Assembly: GCF_964204645.1 (NCBI RefSeq) | Contig: NC_134027.1 | Coordinates: 682,001 to 746,000, forward strand | Reading direction: 5' to 3' | Length of the DNA stretch: 64,000 nucleotides | Source: Tubulanus polymorphus | Taxonomy: Eukaryota > Animalia > Nemertea | Shown: positions 22,201 through 35,960 of the stretch, one piece after another | Layout of the letters: every line of letters starts with the position of its first letter | How positions within the stretch are numbered: the first letter of the stretch is position 1 | The notes under the pieces: model-generated | What the model was told of the DNA's origin: nothing | The model's database searches: none | The model's input: the letters and a program-made list of their open reading frames with translations, nothing else | Made by a program: the position numbers and the translations under genes

Positions 22201-23140
22201 GCAGAAAACCCGTTATCGCTGCTTTGCAGCTATATTTATCTTATGATTTTGTATGAAATGCTAATTTTTACATTTAAGTTTAAATGAGTTTAAAATCACG
22301 TTTCATTTGTTGTTTATTTTGTCTTTTCAGTTTTCAATTTGCCGAGATCAGTGGTCAGAAAACTGTTACAACGGAAACTAAGATATCAAAGACTTGATTT
22401 GGCAAAGATTGAAGAAATCCTGCAAAAAGATTATTCATGAATTGTTCATACAACTGTCAACATGGAGTTCATCTCACAAGCAAATTAGGTAATCATCTCA
22501 TGATTTTGTATGAAATGCTAATTTTTACATTTTTACATTTAAGTTTAAATGAGTTTAAAATCACGTTTCATTTGTTGTTTATTTTGTCTTTTCAGTTTTC
22601 AATTTGCCGAGATTAGTCGTCAGAAAACTGTTACAACGGAAACTAAGATATCAAAGACTTGATTTGGCAAAGATTGAAGAAATCCTGCGAAAAGATTATT
22701 CATGAATTGTTCATACAACTGTCAACATGGAGTTCATCTCACAAGCAAATTAGGTAATTATCTCATGATTTTGTATGAAATGCTAATTTTTACATTTTTA
22801 CATTTAAGTTTAAATGAGTTTAAAATCACGTTTCATTTGTTGTTTATTTTGTCTTTTCAGTTTTCAATTTGCCGAGATCAGTCGTCAGAAAACTGTTACA
22901 ACAGAAACTAAGATATCAAAGACTTGATTTGGCAAAGATTGAAGAAATCCTGCGAAAAGATTATTCATGAATTGTTCATACAACTGTCAACATGGATTTC
23001 ATCTCACAAGCAAATTAGGTAATTATCTTATGATTTTGTATGAAATGCTAAATTTTACTCGTTATTTTTTTACTAATAAGTTGACTTTGAAATCTTTATT
23101 TATTTCTTGTTTATTTTGTCTTTTCAGTTTTGAATTTGCC
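19230..23140 (+). repeat. Higher-order array of exon+intron-like cassettes (265/406-bp monomers, 1870-bp HOR)
   Basis: Acceptor-like TTTCAG| at 19383, 19789, 20054, 20460, 20725, 20989, 21253, 21659, 21924, 22330, 22595, 22860 (variant at 23127). Donor-like TTAG|GTAATT 147 or 158 nt later. Spacings 406,265,406,265,264,264 occur about twice. Confidence 0.9.
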
Positions 23141-23244
23141 AAGATTCACATGTAGCAGATATAATGGAATTAAGTATTGAGAACCGCAACTTAACAATAA
23201 ACCGGATCAACTTAATATAGTGCTGAGGACCAAAAATAAACAAT

Positions 23245-24030
23245 AAACCCGACCAGTGTAATTCAGTGTCGAGAACCGCAGTTAAACGATGAACCCGACC
23301 AGTGTAATTCAGTGTTGAGAACCACAATTAAACGATGAACCAGACCAGTGTAATTCAGTGTCGAGAACCACAATTAAACGATGAACCTGACCAGTGTAAT
23401 TCAGTGTCGAGACCAACAATTAAACGATAAACCGGACCAGTGTAATTCAGTGTCGAGAACCTCAATTAAACGATGAACCCGACCAGTGTAATTCAGTGTC
23501 GAGAACCCCAATTAAAGGATGAACCGGACCAGTGTAATTCAGTGTCGAGACCAACAATTAAACGATAAACCCGACCAGTGTAATTCAGTGTCGAGAACCG
23601 CAATTAAAGGATGAACCCGACCAGTGTAATTCAGTGTCGAGACCAACAATTAAACGATAAACCAGACCAGTGTAATTCAGTGTCGAGAACCGCAATTAAA
23701 CGATGAACCCGACCAGTGTAATTCAGTGTCGAGAACCGCAATTAAAGGATGAACCGGACCAGTGTAATTCAGTGTCGAGACCAACAATTAAACGATAAAC
23801 CCGACCAGTGTAATTCAGTGTCGAGGACCACAATTAAACGATGAACCGGACCAGTGTAATTCAGTGCCGAGAACCACAATTAAATGATGAACCGGACCAG
23901 TGTAATTCAGTGTCCAGAGCCGCAGTTAAACAATGAACCGGACCAGTGTAATTCAGTGTCGAGAACCGCGATTAAACGATGAACCGGACCAGTGTAATTC
24001 AGTTTCGCAATAACCGCAATAAAACGATTA
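23245..24030. repeat. 46-bp minisatellite (about 17 copies)
   Basis: Unit GACCAGTGTAATTCAGTGTCGAGAACCGCAATTAAACGATGAACCC. Confidence 0.95.
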
Positions 24031-24199
24031 TCTGGAGTTGTAATAGTGTTGTGTATTTGCGTAGTGGATCAAGTGGAAGGATTTTAAGTGTATTTGGTGA
24101 CTTTAATTCGTTCGCATCCAACAGAATCAACAAAGACATTACAAAAAACGACAAAAAATGATTGAATGTAAATGCATTGAATTTAGGTTTGATGATCAA

Positions 24200-25175
24200 G
24201 ATAATCACTGATCAAGATTGACAGTTATAATCCATAATTGTTGAACTTGATCAGAGATTTTCAAGATCGATTTTAAGGTGATTCAGAAGTTTAAATCTGA
24301 TGTTTTAATCTCTGGGACTCAGATATTAAATCAATAGATTTTTACTGCTGAATGATCTTCATGTACAGATGAGCTACAATTGTTCCTAGTGTGTTCTGTT
24401 AAGACTGATTAAAGGGTGGAAAAACTTGACTCAAATTCAAATTGAGTCAAGTTTTTCTAAGATAATCTCTGATCAAGATCGGCAGTTACCGGTATAATCC
24501 ATAATTGTTGAACTTGATTGGTGATATTCAAGATCTGTTTTAAGGTGATTCACAAGTTTAAATCTGATGTTTGAATCTCTGGGTTCCAGATATTAAATCA
24601 ATAGATTTTTACTGCTGAATGACCTTCGTGTTCAGATAAGCTACAATTGTTCCTAGTGTGTTCTGTTAAGAAAGGGTGGAAAAACTTGACCCAAATTCAA
24701 ATTGAGTCGAGTTTTTCCAAGATAATCTCTGATCAAGATCGGCAGTTATAATCCATAATTGTTGAACTTGATTGGAGATTTTCGAGAACTGTTTTTAAGG
24801 TGATTCAGAAGTGTGAATCTGATGTTTTAATCTCTGGGTTTCAGAGATTAAATAAATAGGTTTTTACTTCTGAATCACTTCGGGTTTAGGTAAGTTAAAG
24901 TGGTTCCTATTGTAATCTGTTAAACTGATTAAAGGGTGGAAAAACCTGATTCAAATTAATAATCTGAATCAAGTTTTCCAATGATAATCCGCGATCAAGT
25001 TCAGCAGTTATAATTCATAACTGTTGAACTCAATTCACAATTAAATGAACTGTTTTAAGGTGATTCAGAAGTATAAATCTGATGTTTTAATCTCTGGGTT
25101 TCAGAGATTAAATCAATAGGCTTTACTTCTGGATCACTGTTGGGTTTTGATAAGTTGTAAGTTGTTCCTATTGTT
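24200..25175. repeat. ~260-bp degenerate tandem repeat (4 copies)
   Basis: GATAATC..TGATCAAG...TTAAGGTGATTCAGAAG units starting at ~24200, 24461, 24721, 24983. Confidence 0.85.
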
Positions 25176-27146
25176 TAAATGAATTGGTAGAAATTCTATT
25201 TTTAGGTGACAGGTCAAATAGATTAGAGCAATAATTTATGCAGAGGTTGAATTAATTTAATGTTTAATATACCAAAGAATGGTTTATTGTGAAGATTTAA
25301 TTAAAATCTTAAATAAAGAGTTGTTCAATTTCATAAATGTTTTGTTTTCGATGAAGTTTTTTCATTTTCTGGATTTGAGGAATTTGACTTTAAACACATC
25401 AGTGGATTCAGCACAGTTCTGTGGACACAGTTTTGGGACCGAGACCTGGAGACACAGCTCAAGACCCAGTTACAAGTTCAACTGGACTCCATCCCAAAAA
25501 ACCCTGGGCCCTTCAAACCTTTAAGTAAGATGCTCACTTACAGATTCATAAAATTGACCCTTATTATCTTGTCATCTGCAGCACCATCTCAGAGGCTTAA
25601 ACCAAGAATTTCTTGTAATGTTCAACAAATGTGAATTATATTAAGTAATTTTTGAGATCGACTTACACCTGAGTTTTTTCTAAATCACAGTCTACTTATT
25701 TCATAGTCATCCACGATTTCATAGCTCTCTAACTATTCAACCCTTTCCCTGATGGGCCCTGGCCCCAATTGCTGAACCCAGTTCTTCAAGTCTAATTTCT
25801 GGGTTTAGTGGTTTATCAGGAAATTATTGGATTAATTGGAAATATATCTAACAGTCATAATAAAGTTTGAAATTAATCATTTGACATATCGTAATTGATT
25901 TTGTTCGCCACAACGCCTTTCTCAGCAGGATTATAGCATTTTACTTTCTATGGGTTTTTTAAAGGTAAGTTTTCAAAGGACAGAATGTCCGAATATACGT
26001 CCGGATCCGCCTTTATATGCCTCAATCCGATTCTGCTCATTTGCATATATTTTCAGCAAGTGGAAATCCCCGAATTCCAAGATGGCGGCGACCATGATAT
26101 ATCAAATAACAACTATTTTGGGCCAAATCAACGCTTTCTCAAGCTCAATATGAGTTTTCCCGAGTGCAAATGTAACTTAAAGAGAAAATAATCCTGTTGG
26201 TTAGTTATATTTTTGATAATTGAATTTATTTGCAAAGTTAAAGTGAAGTTCCAATGACAGATAGAAACGTTGAAAGACTGGGGTAGATTGAAACATGCCC
26301 TAGCCACTGGCCACTATCATATGAACAGTCCTAAACGTTTTGATCCAACTGCACCAGTTGAGGTCACCGACTGTGTGGCCCTTATTTAACAATAATGTGT
26401 ACATATAAGCACAAGGGCCCCCAAACTGCAGTTGCTCTGTTGGTTTTAAATCTGTATATAGTCTTAGTCATTTTTGATCTTATCATCTGTTCTCCACCTT
26501 TTTGAGTGTGAGAGTTTTATGAACTGTTGTGAAGATTGAGGAAGTCGATAGAAAGAGATGAAAATTGTCAAAGTTGTTATCATGAAAATGACTGAGCTTA
26601 CTATGTACAGTATATACGACCCAGAGGGACATGGCTTATTATGAGAAACATTGAGGTTTTCATGAAAGTTCATGAATTTTGCATGAAAGTACAATGTTGG
26701 AAAATATATCCCCTATGTCACACTCCCTGATTCTTTTTCATTGCCCTCATTTCTCTGAAAGGCCCTTCAACTGAATCAGTCTCCAGTCGAAAAGGTTCCT
26801 CTTATAAGTTCAATTGTCTATAACTGATGATGTGATGTGAAGAGTCTACAATTGAACAAATACCGCATTGAAATCAAATCTTCTCTATTTCAGGCATTAC
26901 TTCTGGCATAAAACACTATTCAAGCAATGTAGGAGCATTTATAGGCGCAGCAGGAAGGAGGAGTTCAGGAGCAGCATCATATAGGAGTTGCACAGGAGCA
27001 GCATCATAGGAGTAGTGCAGGAGCAGTGAGAGCTTCATAGGAGCAGCAAGACCAGCATCATAGATAGGAACAGTAGCTGAAGGAATGAAACAAGATAAGT
27101 AGCATTTGAAATATAGAAAATAGAAAAGCTGTAGAATGTTTTCTAT

Positions 27147-30100
27147 TGTAAAAATATTTTCAAATTCAGTCTGATTTGTGCCAGATTGTAACTGTAGAAG
27201 TTTCACTCATTGTTTCAGTCTAATTGAGATGTGGCTGGTGTACATGTATCACTGACTGTGTAACACTGCAGTCATTTCTTCAATTATTCCTCCTCAGTTG
27301 GAAGAATGTTTGTTCTCTTATCTTCATTAGCGATAAGAATCAATCCCATCCGTCTAACAACAGCATCGTAACATTTCCACTTATCTAATCCTAGAGGGAA
27401 TGAGTAGTATGAGGTTTGGGTATGGAGTGGGGCAGGGTAAGGTGTAGTTGACAGTTAGGGTAGGATAGGGTAATGTGGTGAGGTAAGGTCGGTTTGATGA
27501 TGCAGGGTTATTTGATGTGGTTGGATTCGATGATGAGTTTGATATGGAACTGGTCGAGGTGGGTGTTTGTGGTAGTGTACGGTGTGTATGTTCGGAGGGT
27601 GTATGATAACTGATTGAAAGGTTGCTGTTAGAGGTCAGTGCAGTAGTGATGCTGGTATAGTTTGTGTAAGGTAGGCGTCGGTGTACCGGCTTAAGTATAG
27701 GGTAAGGCATGGTCAGAGTAATGTTACCGTAGAGGAAAAGTTATGTGGGGAAGGGTGTTTTTGTTTTCAGCCCACTTGAGACTTAAGTCTCAGCGGGCCG
27801 TTGCATTTTCTTTTCATCCGTTGTCCGTTTGTGCATCCGCAGACGGAATACAGTTAATTTTGGAGGTTTTTAAGTTTTCCAACGCCACTGCACATGTTCT
27901 CCAGGGGGTGTTGAGTATAGAATTTTCAGATTGTCAGGAATTTCACCAAGTGTGCATGGTGTCCCTGGACTCCCCAATTTTGAAATTAGGGTGAATTCTG
28001 TAGAATTCTAATGATTGGTTAAATGGGCATCACTCTTTATTGGAATTCTGTGCTTAAAATATTGAATATGAAAGTAAGAACAGACGTCGTAGCTGTCACT
28101 GTGGACAGTGAATCTATTTCTGATTTGTGTGGATGTGATGGCGCAGGTGGTGGCCATAACTTCGAGGTCACCTCTTAATCATTACATGTCCTTAGATGGA
28201 TAGGACACAAGGGTAAATGAAAACATTCTTTAGGTTACTGCCAGGTTTTAGGGTATCGTACCAAGCCTTACCTTCCCGACCTCCTTCCCGCGCTAGCTAT
28301 TCCAAAATCTCTATATGAGATACATCGATAACGATGCTACTGAAGATTGAATTCATCGATTCATTTTGGAATTGAAACTTGTTTCATGGAACAAATGGTG
28401 CTGCAAATAAACAATATCATCAAACAATGATTCTGATTGACTATAGTGAACTGCTGCCCTACTACTGGTTTTAAAAGCACTGATTGAGATAGATTCAAAC
28501 CCAGTTCGATTACTTATTTCCGAACACTTACTGCCGGTTGGTACTGGTACATAGCCAGGAGAGACAGCCATAAGAAAAAGAAAGAAAATGAAGAACATGA
28601 AGAGTGGGGGGTTTAGTCCACTGTCTGCCTAGCGGGTAGGCAGTGGTCTATTACTACCTCGACTCAAAAAAAAGGTGAGCTTAAAGCCACCAAGCACAAA
28701 AGTGGGGTCCGAAGGGTAGTCCTCTGCTGGCTTAGAGGGCAGGCATTGGTCTATTCTTACCTCACGTGCTTAAAAATGTTCACAAAAATGGCTATTAAGA
28801 GAGAGAGAGTGAGAGAGAGGAGGTGCTAAGTTTCCTGTACTTGACTGGGTGTAAAGTGATCAATAATGGAAATCATTTACGGTAAACCTTGAGTTTACTA
28901 ACAATGTATTTTGGGTTCAGAGTCTATTTCCCAACAGTTTGCTGTTCACAAGCTGGTAGTAGGGTAAAAACTACCGGTATTCAGAGATTTGTGAATCAGA
29001 AGTTTTGCCATCATTTGCTTCATGAATCATTCACTTGTTAAAATGAATGATGTGACACACATGTAAAATACTGTTACTGATTTATCATTTTTGATGGTGT
29101 CTTGATATTCGACATCTTGCAGGTATCGTCTCCTAGTATTTCACATAGAATTGAGGAGTAGTTTGAGTGAATGGGAGGCATGGAGAGATTGGGCTCAAGA
29201 TATCTCACTCGTTTGTTTAGGTTTAGTTTGGGATCATCTTATTCAGCTTCAGTGTATATAATACATCCTCGACTACTTTTCAACTAGTAGTTCATCGTAG
29301 GTTTTTGACATCACATCCATAGCTCCTTCCACTACTCGTGAATTTACAATTCATTCCTTTCCGATGATGCTATTTATGATGGAATGTGTTAAAGTAGATG
29401 TCTATGTGTTTTCATCTTTTGGTAAATCGTGAAAAATTCTGGCTAATTTGAATCGAAAGCCATTGATTATTATCTTGCGCGGTAATGATGGAAAAATTCA
29501 AAATGCGAATAGCTGTGTGGAATAAGAGAATGTGTTAAAAGGATTTGAGACATTGAGATGTGTAAAGAGAGACTGATTACACCTGTACTGTCCTAGCCCC
29601 TCCCCAGGCAGTCACCACCTCGCCCCAACCAATTTTACCAAATCACCCTCACCTCAACAACATCAAAATCCCTTTCACTTTTCCTCTACCATTATTTTTA
29701 CCATGCCGGCTACCTTATCCCTAACCCTGCAAACCACACTCTACTCTACACAAACCATACCAACATCACAACTGTACCGTCCTCCAGCACCAACCTTTCT
29801 TCATTGTCAGACACCTCTCTAACTATACATCGTACACTACCACGTACACCCACCTCGACCGGTTCTATAACAAGCTGATCATCTAATCCAGCCATATCAA
29901 ACAACCCTGCATCATCCAACCTGACCTTACCTTACCACAATACCCTATCCTCCCCTAACATGTCAATCACACCATTCCCTTTTCCATTCCATTCCCAAGC
30001 GCCATACTACTCATTCCCTCTATGATTGAATAAGATAGAAATGTTACAATGTTGTAGTTAGACGGATGGGATTGATTTTCTTTGCTAATGAAGATGAGAG

Positions 30101-30268
30101 ATCAAACATTCTTCTAACTGAGGAGGAATAAGTGAACAAACTACAGCGGTGTTACACACTCAATGTTACATGTACATCAGTTATATCTCAATTAGACTGA
30201 AACAATGAGTGAAACTTCTACAGTTACAATCTGACACAAATCAGACTGTGTCAGAAAACATTTTTACA
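27147..30268. repeat. Long inverted repeat: arms ~27147-27742 and ~29676-30268, spacer ~1.9 kb
   Basis: CAGATTGTAACTGTAGAAGTTTCACTCATTGTTTCAGTCTAATTGAGAT (27182) is the exact reverse complement of 30186-30234. Similarity continues with scattered mismatches for about 600 bp. Confidence 0.85.
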
Positions 30269-30507
30269 TTAGCTCCACGTGCTGAGTGGATGATAGACAT
30301 CATGAGACTCATCAAATTTTGAGAAATTAGTTTAATTGAAAAATTAATCTAAGCAATGTCTGTTTTTGCATTTCAGAGGTTGATGTTACCTGAACATGCA
30401 GTTCTGAGCTGACTCCAGATCAGGTGAGCATGTATGCAGTGAAATTGGATAAAATCATGAGATTTTCCAAGAGCTCTTATTATTGGAATTTTGTCTCTAA
30501 TAGCCCT

Positions 30508-30677
30508 TGATCCAAGTGCTGCCCTGTGAGACACTGTCTGGTGAACTCAACATCCAAGTGCTGCAGAATCTACCCCCAGTGAGACACTGTCTGGTGAACT
30601 CAACATCCAAGTGCTGCAGAATCTACCCCCAGTGAGACACTGTCTGGTGAACTCAACATCCAAGTGCTGCAGAATCT
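30508..30677. repeat. 53-bp tandem repeat, block 1 (about 3 copies)
   Basis: Unit GTGAACTCAACATCCAAGTGCTGCAGAATCTACCCCCAGTGAGACACTGTCTG. Confidence 0.92.
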
Positions 30678-31854
30678 AGGTTTGAATTCTCTTAGATTTT
30701 TTAAACCTAAAATTCTAAGATATTCTGTGAAGACAACAATTTGACCAGTTGTCCTTTTGACTGCATGTTTTGAGTGATTTCCAATTAGCTACATGATTCA
30801 ATGTGTGGTTGTCAAATGGCTCAATATTTCCCAAACCATTTTCTAATTTATAACTGTCAAAATTCATTTGTTCAATCATGAGGTCTAGAATTGGTTTTCA
30901 TTGAATACATGAAATCCAGATATTTTATTTGTTGATTTCAAAATTATTTATTTCGCCGATTCCTTTCTAATCTCACTTTGGCAACTCATTCTGAATCAGC
31001 GACGGAAGGTGACAAACTGGTCACATCGAAATACGCTGTGCTCGGTGCCTCGGGATCCGAACCGAAACCTGACCGCACGTATAAATTCAATTGAATCCAT
31101 TCGGGTTCTTCCTTTTCTTAGTTAAACTTGTTTCTGTGGTTGCGAGACGGCGGGAAGAAAAATAGCGGTGGCGGTAAGGGGGGTGGTAGCCCTTTAAGTG
31201 AATATGCTCGGTGACAGGGATGGCGAAAGGCCACCCGGGGAGGACGATAGCATGAGGGCATCGGACGCTCCTTTACTGAACCGCGGACTCTGGGGCCCGA
31301 GAGTATCGTGTGTATGATCACTTACTCGATAGGGTAGTCATGTGCATCAAGAGATACGGGCATTTCTATCCTAGCCTCAGTTGTCTGCGGGGACGCACCT
31401 TAAAACAGTTTGAAAAAATCACCTCGAACATGTTTAAGCATAATTCACGGGCGCAAAAAAGAATAAACAGAAAGAAAGAAAGAGGTGTCGGTCGTTTTTA
31501 TAAACCACTAGGGGCGAGTTAAGCTTAGACGAGGAATTTGGCATCTTAGAAATATATTCGAAATTCCTAGGTTTTAATGGAGAATTCAGCAGGTAAAATA
31601 TTTGAGTATTTTATGTGATTCAATTCTAAATTGTAACCTCATCGTGCAATGTATTTTATTGGAATGAACTTAAACATGCAGGCTGGACTTTCACGTGATG
31701 CTTTGAAATATAGATTCAGGAACATTGACAATTCCTGATTTGAAGCACATGTTTTTACCACAAAGCAGTTAAACTTTACTCTATCTACTGTATGATTACA
31801 TTCTAACATGTATTTCTTTCCATTATTTTTCTATCATTCATGCCGAGATCATCT

Positions 31855-32369
31855 ACTCCCAGTGAGAACTGTCTGGTGAACTCAACATCCAAGTGCTGCA
31901 GAATCTACCTCCAGTGATACACTGTCTGGTGAACTCAACATCCAAGTGCTGCAGAATCTACCCCCAGTGAGACACTGTCTGGTGAACTCAACATCCAAGT
32001 GCTGCAGAATCTACCCCCAGTGAGACACTGTCTGGTGAACTCAACATCCAAGTGCTGCAGAATCTACCTCCAGTGAGACACTGTCTGGTGAACTCAACAT
32101 CCAAGTGCTACAGAATCTACCCCCAGTGAGACACTGTCTGGTGAACTCAACATCCAAGTGCTGCAGAATCTACCCCCAGTGAGACACTGTCTGGTGAACT
32201 CAACATCCAAGTGCTGCAGAATCTACCCCCAGTGAGACACTGTCTGGTGAACTCAACATCCAAGTGCTGCAGAATCTACCCCCAGTGAGACACTGTCTGG
32301 TGAACTCAACATCCAAGTGCTGCAGAATCTACCTCCAGTGAGACACTGTCTGGTGAACTCAACATCCAA
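31855..32369. repeat. 53-bp tandem repeat, block 2 (about 9.5 copies)
   Basis: Same unit as 30508-30677. Confidence 0.95.
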
Positions 32370-33018
32370 GGAGATGATCTGTTAATTAGACTCATGGTTG
32401 TGCTGGCTACTGATATGGGAGGTATGTATCCTATCTGGAGCCAATTTCACTTTGATTCCAACAACTAATTTCTTATGATTCTCCATTTCATTTTCCATTA
32501 GAAGGAACTGTGTTATTATGATTTGTCTGAGTGTCCGTTAATGTTAGTTGAACTGTAACTCAGAGAAGTGAACCGTGGATGTTATAACTCCACAGATGTC
32601 ATGTATGTATCAGGACAACTTTCATTATCAATGAATATATGTTTTATTTTTTCATAATCTATGAAATAGATGTCATTGAATCTGTTATTTTCATTTCAGT
32701 GTCCTAAGTTTAACTGTAAAGGATAGAACCGATAGCTGAATTGAATTCAACTCCTCCGGCAATGTTTGAGTCAGCTTCAGATATGAGTGGTATGTGTGTA
32801 TGGAGACGAATTCAATTTGTGAGAATCTGTGAGATATAAATTTTACAATGTAGAATTTGTTATTCTCATTTCAGTGTCCATCAATATTAAGCTGAACTGA
32901 TGCAGAATGAACTTATAGATAATGAACTGAATTGCTGGAGTCAGCTACTACTGGTGTGTGGTATGTGTTTGGAGCCAGAAATTTAACAATGACTTCATAA
33001 TTTCCTGTAATATAATCT

Positions 33019-33165
33019 CAGAGCTGCCAACTGTTACTGATTTTCAGTATTTGTAACGATTTTGTTACGAGAAATACTGATTTAGTTAATTCACATTTTG
33101 ATGAAATGTTACTGAAAAAAGCTCAATTTGTTGGTTATAACACTTTTCAGGGGTTGGCAGCCCTG
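33019..33165. mobile_element. hAT-like MITE with 6-bp TSD
   Basis: TAATCT|CAGAGCTGCCAAC...GTTGGCAGCCCTG|TAATCT. Confidence 0.7.
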
Positions 33166-35618
33166 TAATCTGATAAATAGATGTAATAAACAGATTGTTC
33201 TCATTTCAGTGTCCGATCAATGTTAGTTACACTATAAGGAATAGACCCAGTAGCTGAATTGAACTGAACTGATCCACAGTGAATATTTGAGTCACCTTCA
33301 GATATTAGTGGTATGTCTGTATGCAGACAAAATTCTATTTTAACAACTGAGTTTGTGTTTTAAATCTTTGAAATAAGTAGGCCTATAATATCATTGAATC
33401 TGTTATTTTCATTTCAGTGTTTGTCATTATAAGCTGAACTGGTAAATAATTAACGTACAAACTCCACTGGTTGAGTCACCTACAGACACATGGTATGTGT
33501 ATAGAGATTAATTCAATGAATCTGAAATACTTTGTTTCTTAGTTATAAATGATTTTCCATTTTTTATTTATCTGTTAGGAGATGAACTGAACAAATCAAC
33601 AGTTCGAATTCTGTATCAATAAGTGGTATGTATGAAAATAGAATTTCAACAACTTATTTCATAATTTCCTGCAATAGAATCTGATAAATAATTGCCATTG
33701 AATCCGTTGTTTTCATTTCAGTGTCAATCATTGTTCGTTGAACTGTAAAGAATGAATGAACCAACATCTTATTTGAACTGAACTCTACAGTCCATGGTTG
33801 AATCTATAGCTATAGACATACAGTACGTGGTGTGTGTGTATGGAGGCAATTTCAATTTAATTGAAACACTTGTTTCATTATAATTATTAATGATTATTAT
33901 GATTATCCATTTTGTTTTAATCTGTTTAGGAGAAACCTGAACCAAGGATGTTATATTGCCACAGATATCATGTATGTATCAACGTCTTTCTGTTTTATTC
34001 CGTTTCTGTTCTGCAGAAGAATCTGAGATGATTATAATGTTATGGACTGAATGTGTTTTCCATTTTAGTTTCCATCAATGTTAGTTGAACTGTAACTGAT
34101 AGAAGAGAACCATGGACGTTATAACTCCCCACAGATGTCGTGTATGTATCTGTAGAGGAATCTTTGAGAGATAGATTTTATAGAATCTGTTATTTTCAGT
34201 GTTGGTCAATGTTAGTTGAACTGTAATGAGTAAAACCAGTAGTTACTTCACAGTCAATGGTTTAGTCAGTAACAATGTATGTGATGTGGTTTGTGTGTAT
34301 GGAGACAATGTCATTATTTTCATTAATTATTTGTTAGGCAATGACCACATGGGATGACCGATTACTAGTAGATGACCAGGGTTGACCAATTGCCAGATGG
34401 CCAATTGCCAGAAATGATCAGGGAACAGTCAACATGTATGTATCGAGACAATTTTCTGTTGTTATGAGGAATCTCATAGAATCTGTTATTTTTATTTCAG
34501 TGTCCGTCATCATGAGTTGAAACGAATATCTGATTTGAAGTGAACTCTGCAGTCATTCAACAGTTGAGGAGCCCTTACACATATATAAGTTACGTATTAG
34601 TGATATTTACCACTGACAGACAATTAAAACAACTTGTATTATAATGATTTGCTGTTTGTGAATGAACTTGAGAACAGTCGCTACTCCTTAATGCTATCAG
34701 TTACAGCCACCTTTTGATAGAATCTCTGTCTAAACCTCTTGCATGATCATCTCTATCTCAATTATAATATAATAAATACTAATCCTTCATTTTAACTCTC
34801 TTCTATTCTAATACATTGTATGAGTCAAAAGATGGTTGTCACTGATAGAATTAGGGACGCTATACAGCTGGCTAATTGTCATAATCTAAACCCTTTTTGT
34901 GTTCACTGCATACTCTGTGACCCTCCACTTCAATGCATTTTAATTGATTCAATTGCACCAACTTTTTATTTTTTTTTTCATGTCAGCGTCAATCGTTTTT
35001 ACCTGCTGCAGGTAGAAATGAATCCACTGCTTGAGTGGCTATAAAAGTCGGTGGTGAAGACAAGTACACTCAATTGGAGACAATAATTTCTTTGAGATCT
35101 GACAGTGGTGGAATTGTAACATTTTAATATATAAGGGGCACATCTAGAAAATTGGAAGACACGTTTTAATTGATATCTGTTATTTTACGTGTTTCAGCTT
35201 CGAGTTTTCAGCTTCAAGTTTATCTGAGTTCTACCAAATGAGATTATTCACCCATGAAGACTCGACTGATTCATACCCACATAAGGTAGTTGTACTTTCA
35301 TTTTTATTAAACATTTCAATAATTAAAATTGACGCTATTAAGAAGAAAAAAGAAATTCATAAATTGCATTATTTAAAGTACTTTGATTTAAAAACCTATT
35401 CATAAATAACAATGCGGTACCGCTGCATAACAGATGGCACCACTATACGGTCGTTGGTACTACTAGACTGGTTACCTGTATAATAAGTACAATACAATGA
35501 ATTTTATTCGCACGGTGACGGGTGTATTGGCATTGAAGCGCTCACTTATAATTCTATTGTAGTGAATGTAGACCCAGAAAACCACGAAGGCTGCATTACG
35601 ATTGCACCTTACACACAG

Positions 35619-35789
35619 GGCCACCTTCGGTTATCGGAGTCAGTCGACTTATAGTAGTCCCGGAACTCGGGTGCCGAGTAACTCATGTCAAATGTCGGAA
35701 CTATATTCCGGAAATAGTTCGAAAATCAAGCGCATTCGGTTATTAGTTCCAACCACTAGTCGACTAGCTACCGATTACCAAATTTGGCC
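35619..35789. mobile_element. Harbinger-like MITE
   Basis: CAG|GGCCACCTTCGGTTATCGG..AGTCGACT ... AGTCGACTAGCTACCGATTACCAAATTTGGCC|CAG: imperfect TIRs and a CAG TSD. Confidence 0.55.
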
Positions 35790-35858
35790 CAGCCTGTCTA
35801 ACTCTGGATTCGCAACTGGCAACCGAGTTAAGTGCTTCTCGCTAGCCAGGTTGCCGCT

Positions 35859-35960
35859 AAGCGGCCACCAGTCTATAATATTAACCCAATCACACGTTGT
35901 TTGTCACTCGCTGATTCGCTACGCATCTGATTGGCTAGATATATAGACTGGTGGCCGCTT
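35859..35960. repeat. Short inverted repeat / mini-MITE
   Basis: Perfect 19-bp IR AAGCGGCCACCAGTCTATA / TATAGACTGGTGGCCGCTT with internal CCAAT/ATTGG. Confidence 0.7.

Noticed and set aside
27381-27710. 109-aa Pro/Thr/Ser-rich minus-strand ORF
   Set aside because: It lies in one arm of the long inverted repeat and reflects low-complexity, strand-biased composition; no matching ORF is listed for the other arm.
32400-34600. snoRNA host-gene interpretation of the mini-exon array
   Set aside because: The short introns inspected show no C box (RTGATGA) and D box (CTGA) pairs with terminal stems, and no obvious H/ACA hairpins.
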